Shown: piece after piece, positions 12,563-21,563 of the stretch | How the letters are laid out: each line of letters starts with the position of its first letter | How positions within the stretch are numbered: position 1 is the first letter of the stretch | NCBI GenBank assembly: GCA_001600815.1 | Contig: BCKZ01000010.1 | Coordinates: forward strand, 494,142 to 558,141 | Length of the DNA stretch: 64,000 nt | Reading direction: 5' to 3' | Source of the DNA: Alloascoidea hylecoeti | Taxonomy: Eukaryota | The notes under the pieces: generated by a model | Seen by the model: only the letters and a program-made list of their open reading frames with translations | The model's database searches: none | What the model was told of the DNA's origin: nothing | Made by a program: the position numbers and the translations under genes

Positions 12563-13957
12563 TTATTCTCTGTCAATAGAAGAATGATTTGATGTAAATG
12601 TATTAACAGCCGTAGTTGGGGTATCAGGTCCGAAAGAATTTGTGATTTCTTTTTTGATAACACGTAACAATTCAGAGTCCTCAGCTATTGGCATTGAACC
12701 AGATCCTGATTGAAAATTCATTTCTTCAGGTGATGATCCAATATCATTGTCATTCAAATTAATTTGTAATTGGTTTGAATTTGAATTTGAATCAATGTTC
12801 AATTGTAAATTTGATACATTTAAATTTCTTGATATATTTGAAGAAGTATGCCTAGTTGTAGAAGGTACAACAGTTCTATTTTCCATAAACATAATAGTCC
12901 CGCCTCCATTTTCATATCTTTCTTTTAATTCTTTAATAAAATCATCATTTATTTGATTTCCATATTTTTTATAATCATATGGATTAAATTTATTAATTTT
13001 AATAACAAGAGGTATTGGTAAAATCCAATAAATAAAGTTTGTTCCCATTAATTGAGTAAAATTCTTTTTGAAACCTAAATTATATGGTTGATCAGTTTTC
13101 AACATTGGAACAATAATTCTTGAATTATCATTGTATAAAACATTAAAATAAGGTAAATAATTTCTTCTTTTATTTAAATCTTCGATTGTTGTTTCATTTC
13201 TTATAATGTATAGTACTTGAGAAATTGCTAAACCTGATAACATTAATAACCAAAAAAATATAAAAACATATAATACAACAAACTGTGGATTTATACCATG
13301 TCTTCTATCATGAGCTCTTTTAGCATACATGACCATTGTTATAGTTATGAAAATGAATTCGAATAAGAAATAGAATATAAATTGTATAAACATTCTGTAG
13401 TTGTCAATCCCGATAACGTTTCCAATCCAAGCACAATAATGATCCATTCTTGGTATACATCGACCTTTTTCAGAAGAATGATGGGATCTATCAGGCTTTA
13501 TTGAGCCGCACATCGAACAATAAATGGGGTAACCAAAACTATCACATTGAAACACTTCAGGAGGTTCTATCAAACTATCATTAATATTTGAATTAGTTGG
13601 ATATAATCGATATGGTGTTAATTTGTCAACATTTCCTGGACCTTCCCACCAAATAAGCAACCAAATCAAGAAAACCATAAATAAAAAATAAAAATATATC
13701 GTTATAAAAGCAACGAATTGTTTTTTTCGATTAGTTTTATAAAGCTCCAGCCAGCAAAACTCATAGACATAAATAAAAGTCATATAAAAAACTCCACATA
13801 AAACAAGTATAAATAACCATGTTTGTAAGAAGTGGCCTAGTCGATATATTATATTTGTTAAGGATATTTGGATTCTGGATTTGGTCGACTCTTGTTTTAT
13901 TTCTTCATTTTCTGACATTAATGTAATATACTCGCCTTTTCGTGAAGAAGATAACAT
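12563..13957 (-). CDS. PFA5: DHHC-family palmitoyltransferase with a DHYC motif
   Basis: CSMCGSIKPDRSHH...RMDHYCAWIG, four TM segments, NETTIE. Divergent from TFB3, as PFA5 is in S. cerevisiae. Confidence 0.85.
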   Translation of the reverse strand: MLSSSRKGEYITLMSENEEIKQESTKSRIQISLTNIIYRLGHFLQTWLFILVLCGVFYMTFIYVYEFCWLELYKTNRKKQFVAFITIYFYFLFMVFLIWLLIWWEGPGNVDKLTPYRLYPTNSNINDSLIEPPEVFQCDSFGYPIYCSMCGSIKPDRSHHSSEKGRCIPRMDHYCAWIGNVIGIDNYRMFIQFIFYFLFEFIFITITMVMYAKRAHDRRHGINPQFVVLYVFIFFWLLMLSGLAISQVLYIIRNETTIEDLNKRRNYLPYFNVLYNDNSRIIVPMLKTDQPYNLGFKKNFTQLMGTNFIYWILPIPLVIKINKFNPYDYKKYGNQINDDFIKELKERYENGGGTIMFMENRTVVPSTTRHTSSNISRNLNVSNLQLNIDSNSNSNQLQINLNDNDIGSSPEEMNFQSGSGSMPIAEDSELLRVIKKEITNSFGPDTPTTAVNTFTSNHSSIDRE

Positions 13958-14153
13958 AGGCGGACACTAAAATACAGTCTAAGAGCCGGCCGTAAATGTT
14001 AACAAGCTAAAAATGGGTTGCACTATGACATGCCTCAGAAATCAAAAATTACAACATCTGACACCCACACATCTTTTGTTTTTGTTTCACTTTTGTAATT
14101 CCCTCCAAAATCAAACTTCAAATTCCAAATTTCAAACCTCTAATTTTTCTATC

Positions 14154-15116
14154 ATGGATAAGGAAAGAAGGGATATGTGTCCGGTCTGTAAAACAGATCG
14201 GTACTTAAATCCAAACATGCAATTTGTTATAAACACAGAATGCTATCATAAAATATGCGATAATTGTGCTGATAGAATATTTGGAAATGGTCCAGCACCA
14301 TGTCCATATCCAAATTGTGGCAAAACATTAAGAAGGAATAAATTTAAATCACAACAATTTGAAGATATTGGAATTGAAAGAGAAGTTGACATAAGAAGGA
14401 GAGTTTTATCAATTCATAATAAAGTTGAAAATGACTTTCCTGACTTGGACTCTTACAATAATTACTTGGAACTGATTGAAGATATTATTTTCAATATTTA
14501 TAATAATATTGATAAAGAAAAAATTGAAAATGATTTATCATTATATCAACAACAACATAAAAATGAAATAACATCAAATTATAATAGACAAAAAGAAGAT
14601 GCTAAAAGAGAAATTGAAGAAGAAAGAACGAAGAAAATTTTACAAAATGAATCATTAAGATTACAATATGAAATTGATTTAAAAGACAAACTTTTAAGAA
14701 ATAATGTTAAAAAAGATTTTATTAATAGATTAATGACAAATTCAAATAATGAAGATCCTAACTTAATATATAAAAGACTACAAGAAAAAGTTTCCAATAC
14801 ATCAAATGAGAATAGGAAAAATGCTGAATATTCAACAAATTATGTTAAAAAGAAATTAGGTGCATCAAGGAATAATCAATTTAATATTGATGATAATATA
14901 GTATTTTCTCCTTTTAATGGTGATAGACAATTGGAAATTGATTTACAATATCAATTAAAATCAGAATATTTTGATCCTTATGTTAATGAATTGGCAAATA
15001 AACCAGAATATAAAGCATCCGGCTTCAAGGTCGAACAAGCATTTAGACATGCTTTAGAAGAAGCATTTATTGGAATTGGTTGTAATATAGAAGAGGAAAA
15101 GGTCATAAAAACATGA
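14154..15116 (+). CDS. TFB3: TFIIH/TFIIK RING subunit (MAT1)
   Basis: DMCPVCKTDRYLNP...CYHKICDNC...CPYPNCGKTLR and REVDIRRRV. The start is placed at the ATG just before the RING domain. Confidence 0.93.
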   Translation: MDKERRDMCPVCKTDRYLNPNMQFVINTECYHKICDNCADRIFGNGPAPCPYPNCGKTLRRNKFKSQQFEDIGIEREVDIRRRVLSIHNKVENDFPDLDSYNNYLELIEDIIFNIYNNIDKEKIENDLSLYQQQHKNEITSNYNRQKEDAKREIEEERTKKILQNESLRLQYEIDLKDKLLRNNVKKDFINRLMTNSNNEDPNLIYKRLQEKVSNTSNENRKNAEYSTNYVKKKLGASRNNQFNIDDNIVFSPFNGDRQLEIDLQYQLKSEYFDPYVNELANKPEYKASGFKVEQAFRHALEEAFIGIGCNIEEEKVIKT

Positions 15117-15253
15117 GCATATTTTATATTAAGTATAACGGGATCAGGGAGTTTTCATATTTATTTATTTTCTTGTGTATAAAAGTTTTTCATTTTATGA
15201 TTTCATGTATTTAATGATTAGTCCCATAACCAGATTAGATTAATAGGCTATGT

Positions 15254-15965
15254 TTATTGATAACCACGAAGTGTAACAGCTCCAATTACAGCTTTGGATA
15301 GAATATCAATATCATCTGAAAATTTGGCTCCTAATTTGTAATTCTAAATGTATATCAATATTAGTCAATAGTAATTGTAATCTAAGTATAGTGTTTGGGC
15401 ATACCTTTTTAACAATTTTCTTATCCAAATTTGTTTGTATAGCATGATCATTAAATTCAATCCTATCCCCGCTGATAATTTCTTTAATTATATCTTCAAC
15501 TTTATTTATTTCATTCAATTCATTTTCTTTTGAAACCCCTTGAAGATCAATAATCTTAATAACTATTAAATTGGTGGTTTTATCATTTATACCAAATCTT
15601 TTCAATGAATCCATTATATTTTGATTTGGTGAAAGACTAAAAACAATTTCTGAATGGATTGTTTTTGTCCGGATTGAATCTTGTGATCGATCTAGCAGAG
15701 CCCTATAAATAGCTGATAGAACATGAGCTTTAGAAACAATCTATAATATTTAGGTCAATATTATTAAAAAATGATTGATCATAAAATTAAGAAGTTATAA
15801 ATTACTTACTGTATTCCCATCTATCATTGCAAAATTATATTTTAGATTAGCAGCAACTATTTGTTTCCTTATCTCTGGAGAATTCTTAACATTTGAAAAC
15901 GAAGCTATTAAAATTCTTGTATTTGAAAATTGTGGAAAAGTAAGTATTGTTGGTGTTTCAGACAT
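15254..15965 (-). CDS. CGI121: KEOPS/EKC subunit Cgi121, about 193 aa; exons 15810-15965, 15405-15740 and 15254-15343
   Basis: The spliced product contains HVLSAIYRAL...RTKTIHSEIVFSLSPNQNIMDSLKRFGI and ends KKNYKL...VIGAVTLRGYQ. Phase-0 introns at 15741-15809 and 15344-15404. Confidence 0.9.
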
Positions 15966-16112
15966 TTTTAAAATTTAAGATTATATGGAATAATTGAAGA
16001 AGTACTGCTATAATTTTTATATTTTGGTTTCTTCCACTTTACATCCTAGCCTCATACACTTATATCGTTAACAATCTAAATATCCCTTGCCACCAACTCC
16101 ACCAGGATAAAA

Positions 16113-19100
16113 ATGGATATCGAATGGTCTCCTTGGTCATTATCATCAAAACCAAAAGACAAAAAAGTTAAACCATTGGTTCACGAAAATATCGATGTTA
16201 CTAATAATGTTTGGAGTGCATCTACAAATATTGAGGATATAAATGCATGGAATATTCAAGTATCAAATGATGATCTAAAGGAAAATAATGATGATGAAGA
16301 AGATGAGGAAGATGATGACGATAATTATGGCTATAGCATGCTAGACGATAGCAAGGTGAATACAAATGAAGAAGCTTTAACTTGGTATGATTTAACCGAT
16401 CGGGCTGAGCTAAGTATACAAATGAATCGTGAAAAGGAGGACACATTTACAGAATCTACGTTTAATAACTATGATAAAGAAAGTATTACTGAAAAAGACC
16501 GCAATAAGAATAGCAATACAAATAAATCCGAAACCAATTTTATTACCGATAAAGTTGTTGATGTTGAAATTCCTGATACGGGGGAAAAAGGGGACACAAC
16601 CCCAAATTTTTCATCCCACGAAGAAAGTGATTTTAGAAACGAAGACACTCCAAAACATGAAGAAATTGATACATACGATGAAAATGAAGACTTTTCTGAT
16701 TTTCAGGAACCTGAAGAACGAAGATTAGAAGATGAAAGTAAGTCCGAAATAGAACAAAATAAGGTTGAAGTTAAATCAGAAACAGACAGAACTCTCAAAT
16801 TTCCAATTCCATTGCCTGACTTGTTATCAAAACTTTTCCCATGTGCAAATGATGATCATGAATTCGAACATTTAAAGCACGAATTAGATCCAACAGATTC
16901 ATTACTAAATATCGGCAAATCACGGAAGATTTTAAATGAAATTTCAAGACCGACAAGGCAATTTTTGTTACCGGATTCTCCGCATAATTTATTAAGAATG
17001 TATTCAACTGAAGTTAGTAAAGAATGTATTTTAATTGTGAAAAGTTGGAGAGAATCAAAAGATAAAGATGCGATTGATATTTCTTTTAGTTGGGCGACTA
17101 ATGATGATAAGCATCCTTTACCTTTATCTCCTATTATGCATAGTCCTTCATCTGCAAAATCATATCGTTTTCCTACTGATAAAAATCATAATCATACTCG
17201 TTCAAGTTCTACAACTTCTATTACTTCTAAGTCACCACTGCCTATTGCTGTAAAGTTACCACAACAGAAGAATTCCACAGTTCCCAATGTTTTGAAGTTA
17301 TCACATCCTCTTAAGCAACTAAAAACCTCTGGTCATAAACCAAAATCACTACAAGAAGCATTAGCTTTAGCAAGTCCTTCTAGTTTACATTCACATTCAG
17401 GCTCATTTTCGCATTCACATTCATTATCAATGTCATCTATTTCATCACAAGCAAGATCAATAATCGATCTGAATGAAGAGACTTATAAAACTATTACAAC
17501 TACTACTGATAGTGAGGAAATTGAATCTATTTCTATTACTGTTCCTGCTACACCAACTACCACCGTTAATTCTTCTGATATAAATACTGACAATATCCAA
17601 AAAAATATTACAATAGAAAATAAAAAATTAAATAGCGACTTACATAAAATTGATACCAATGTACAAAATTCAAATGATATTATGAATAATGAAATATCAA
17701 ACAACCAAGAACCTAAAAATAAGTCAATAACAACAACACCGTTGTCACCTGCACCTTCATTAACGTTAGATATATCAAAAATTATACAGCCGCCTGTTAA
17801 TACAATTCCAAACTCAAAATCTATAAATAACAAAGAATCTAATGTAACTTTAAATTCTTTATCATCACCAATGTTTTCGAAATTATCATTAAATAATGAC
17901 TTTAAAAGTTTGATTGATTCACATATATCTAATTCAAATTTTGGATCTAGTTCAAGTTTAAAATCTTTAAGTTTCACTAATAACATTAATAATAATAAGA
18001 ATGAATTTGGAAAAAAATCTAAATCCTTTAGCAGTACTATTGACTTTGATCTTAACGATGAAAAGAAACAATCACCAAAAGATGAAGAAGAAGAAGAAAA
18101 TAATTGGGGAGATTTTGAATCAGGTTCAGAATCATTATCTGATAATCAAACTCAAAATCAATCGTCATCATTATCATCACCAGTAACAGCTTTAAACAAT
18201 AATGTCTATCATAATAATGGAACTTTATTTGACGCTAAAAACTTATCTTTCTCATCACCTCCAATGTCTCCACAAGTCAATTATAATCAAATTAAAACCC
18301 AAACATCTGGCCAACAGCATAGTAGGAATAACTCAATAATTTCGAATTCTAGTAATAGTATTAATGCATTATCACCACGTTTAAATTCTTTCAATATTTT
18401 ACCTACTAAACCAAATAAAACTCAATCACTGACACAAGTCGTGTATAAGAAACCAGATTCCGTATCTAATAATATTAACGTTACCAATAATAAACTTGGT
18501 CTTAGAAGAGAAGCACCTGTAAAGCAGGAACAATCAAAACCAATGACATCATCAAACATCAATAACAATAGACTTTCATTGAGTTTATCATCTTCTAATT
18601 CCAATAATGACAATTTTAATAATAAAAATAATGGCATTGGTACCATTGATGATGATTATGATGATGATGATGATTTTGGTTCTTTTCAAACTGTTTCTAT
18701 TCCATCAAGTGAACCACATGAAAAAATTAAGCCACTAATGAATGTGAGTGCAATCTCACAAATTAAACCTAAATCATTTCCTGGTAATATAAACATTAAT
18801 ATTAAACCATTAACTCCATCACCTTTACGATCAATGACACCACCAATACCATCTAATTCATCACCAGCATCATCATTATCATTACCAAATTATAATATAA
18901 ATATGAATTCAAATCCTATACTTCCAATTACAAAATCAATCCCCAAACCTAATAATATATCACATTCATCATCAATAGCATCTACGGTTCCATTAAAACA
19001 ATTTTCACAAAAGAATAACCGGTTACAATATAAAAATGAATCCTTAGTAGATTCAACCCATTTCGGACCTTTAAAATTAAGAAAAACAAAACCAACATTA

Positions 19101-19535
19101 AAAGAAGATGAAATTATAAATAAAGAAATTGTTAATAAACCAATTACAGAAAATCAATTACGATCAATTATAAATGGTAATACTAATGATAAGCAACAGT
19201 ATGTAAATTCAAATTCTTGGGATTTTTCAATATTTGATAACCCTAATCAAACCCTTAAACCAACACCAGCAGTGAAAAAATCATTTAGAAATTCAATGAT
19301 TGAAATGCCCTCACCAAAAAAGAGTGGACCTTCAATTAGTTCTAATTCTAACTCTACATCAAGAACATATATAGGTCATAATCGTTCAAAGTCTTCTATT
19401 AGCTCTGTTAATTCTAATAGTAGTGTTTATAAATTAGGACCATTACAATTAGATCAAAAGACAAAATTTGAAAAAGAAAATGATTTGATAAATAAGATTA
19501 TTGAAAAATTGCCAAATTTTGAATTTATGTTATAG
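16113..19535 (+). CDS. Large disordered protein; putative aftiphilin-like AP-1/clathrin accessory protein
   Basis: Intact 1140-aa ORF with acidic DFSDF, WGDF and DDFGSF motifs and a C-terminal IIEKLPNFEFML. The function is inferred. Confidence 0.6.
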   Translation: MDIEWSPWSLSSKPKDKKVKPLVHENIDVTNNVWSASTNIEDINAWNIQVSNDDLKENNDDEEDEEDDDDNYGYSMLDDSKVNTNEEALTWYDLTDRAELSIQMNREKEDTFTESTFNNYDKESITEKDRNKNSNTNKSETNFITDKVVDVEIPDTGEKGDTTPNFSSHEESDFRNEDTPKHEEIDTYDENEDFSDFQEPEERRLEDESKSEIEQNKVEVKSETDRTLKFPIPLPDLLSKLFPCANDDHEFEHLKHELDPTDSLLNIGKSRKILNEISRPTRQFLLPDSPHNLLRMYSTEVSKECILIVKSWRESKDKDAIDISFSWATNDDKHPLPLSPIMHSPSSAKSYRFPTDKNHNHTRSSSTTSITSKSPLPIAVKLPQQKNSTVPNVLKLSHPLKQLKTSGHKPKSLQEALALASPSSLHSHSGSFSHSHSLSMSSISSQARSIIDLNEETYKTITTTTDSEEIESISITVPATPTTTVNSSDINTDNIQKNITIENKKLNSDLHKIDTNVQNSNDIMNNEISNNQEPKNKSITTTPLSPAPSLTLDISKIIQPPVNTIPNSKSINNKESNVTLNSLSSPMFSKLSLNNDFKSLIDSHISNSNFGSSSSLKSLSFTNNINNNKNEFGKKSKSFSSTIDFDLNDEKKQSPKDEEEEENNWGDFESGSESLSDNQTQNQSSSLSSPVTALNNNVYHNNGTLFDAKNLSFSSPPMSPQVNYNQIKTQTSGQQHSRNNSIISNSSNSINALSPRLNSFNILPTKPNKTQSLTQVVYKKPDSVSNNINVTNNKLGLRREAPVKQEQSKPMTSSNINNNRLSLSLSSSNSNNDNFNNKNNGIGTIDDDYDDDDDFGSFQTVSIPSSEPHEKIKPLMNVSAISQIKPKSFPGNININIKPLTPSPLRSMTPPIPSNSSPASSLSLPNYNINMNSNPILPITKSIPKPNNISHSSSIASTVPLKQFSQKNNRLQYKNESLVDSTHFGPLKLRKTKPTLKEDEIINKEIVNKPITENQLRSIINGNTNDKQQYVNSNSWDFSIFDNPNQTLKPTPAVKKSFRNSMIEMPSPKKSGPSISSNSNSTSRTYIGHNRSKSSISSVNSNSSVYKLGPLQLDQKTKFEKENDLINKIIEKLPNFEFML

Positions 19536-19752
19536 CATTTGGATTAAGTTTACAAGTTAGCCCTATTTTGATATAGATTACCATATTTCACAAAATTATA
19601 TCGATATCTGATGTTGATAGATTTATATATTATGATATAATCGCAATATTGATTATGCGAGTAAGTATATATTTAGCCAACTTTTGTAATGTTAATTAAT
19701 TGAAGTATATGGCAGTTATAATTAATAAAGTTTTTCGAGAATATAAATCTGA

Positions 19753-20097
19753 TTTAGTAATACTCTTACAAAAGCTAATAACTCTCCTGATCCATTGAAT
19801 ATTTGAAATGATAGAATATTGGAAAGAAACGAAAAGAACAGATGTATACTTTATGAGTTTTAACCACTCTTTCTTATCTTTAGAGGCCAGAACTTGATTA
19901 TAATTTTCAGGAATTTTTGTAGTCTTTGCCCTAATTAAGAGAGAATCTTCTGAGTCATAGTCACTGTCCTTCATGATTATATCACCATCAAAATATACAT
20001 CTGTGTTTCTTGTTTCTTACCACCGATTTTCTATTATCATTTAAAATGTTCAATGGAATCAGGAGAGTTATTAGCTTTTGTGAGAGTATTACTGAAT
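19753..20097. repeat. Imperfect inverted repeat with arms of about 100 bp (about 19753-19855 and 19985-20097)
   Basis: AGTAATACTCTTACAAAAGCTAATAACTCTCCTGA...ACAGATGTATA on the left arm reappears reverse-complemented on the right. Confidence 0.88.
19858..20015 (-). mobile_element. Ty1/copia-like pol fragment (start of the RT region)
   Basis: KIPENYNQVLASKDKKEWLK resembles the copia P-x-T/S-Y-x-E-A-L...W-x-x-A motif preceding RT; the match is short. Confidence 0.5.
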
Positions 20098-20661
20098 TTT
20101 GTCAATTGAGAATTATTTTATCGTAAAAGAATGCTCATAAGATTTATAAAAAATATATCGAACGTATATTGTTTGAATTATGAGATTAAGTAGATTTCAG
20201 TATTACTATTTTTAATAATTTATAATTGCTGTTAAAACGTAACAAATTTGGACGGATTGTTAAAGGTATTTCAGACTTTTTCCCTAAAGTGTGATTTTGG
20301 TGGGTGTTTAAATACTTTTTATATTTTTCCAAAAGTTGTTCATTTTAAGTGACGTAATAAGCAGAAGGTTAACAATGGAGGTTGGCTGTTAATTTAGCTT
20401 ACATTTTGGACGAATATTTGGTGTACCGCTGCTCAAGTTTGTATGAAATTTAGCTCATCACCGTGGAATATACTACTTGGGCGAACAAAGCTCTTCAACA
20501 TGGCCGAATATCAGCGTCATCAGAGGTCGAACAATTGTGAATTACAGGGATAAATAAGCAGAAACATGGTATACTCCGAGTTCAAACAAATCAAGCCTCT
20601 AATTTTAAAGCATGGCTATCGATATCGACATCTCACTGTATTTTGTATCATCAATTGGTAC

Positions 20662-21029
20662 TTAAGTAGGATAAATTGCTTTCAATAAATCCTTAACTGT
20701 ATAATCCTTTTTAATACACGGAATTAAGGAAATATCAATAGAGGGAAGTGCAAATTGATTCAAGGCGCCAACAATTTTTTAGCAGAATATCTGCTTGATC
20801 AAATGCTTCAGCCTGAAGAATAGCATTTTCAGTAAATAAAGGAAATCCTAACATTTTCATTAAGATGATAAACCTTAACACTAGCAAAGTAACTCTATTT
20901 TATAATTAATAAACATTTTTCCATAATTCCAACTGCATCAAACATAGGAACTTGAGGGACCACTGGCAAACATTAATATTGCCTCGGATCCCCCGACAAA
21001 ATCGCCGTAATTCCATGGCCACCAAATAG
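20662..21029 (-). mobile_element. Degraded Helitron-type PIF1 helicase fragment
   Basis: LFGGHGITAILSGDPRQY*CLPVVPQ...IK*SYFASVKVYHLNENVRI, frameshift, EAFDQADILLK, frameshift, ...DLLKAIYP. Motif order and spacing fit Helitron helicases. Confidence 0.75.
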
Positions 21030-21563
21030 ATTATATATTTCTTGTCATTATGATATCTTTTGTGGAATATACGGGGATCCAATGTTTAAGAGGTACCAAC
21101 CAAACATCTTAAGTTCTTGTCAAAGTCTATTTACATGGATGTTGCTATTCTAAATTTCTAATAATTATTGGCTTGAGATCATAATGGTCATGAGTGTTTA
21201 CATAGTGGACTCATTTGAAGACTTAAGATCGATATCTATTATATATCTAGAGTTGCGTCTTAATCGCATAATAATTTTATAAGAGTATATTTTAGATGAG
21301 GTTTATTAATATTTAAGCAATCAAGACTCAGGAGATGCCGAGGCAATTAAATTATAATTATTATTATGCCGAAATCAATGAATAAAAAGTTTTTCCGATA
21401 GATTATAAAAAATAGTTTGTTTTTTTTGTTATGATAAAAAAATTGTGTTTGAATCAACAGCTTAATTTTGAGTCTAAATTTTTCCCTAGTCTCCTTCACT
21501 TTTTCGCATCTCTTGTTGTCATTATAATTAGCACCTTCTAGATATTTACCAATAGAAATAATA

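Noticed and set aside
14013..14153. N-terminal extension of TFB3
   Set aside because: Homology starts at the ATG at 14154; the upstream sequence looks like promoter/UTR.
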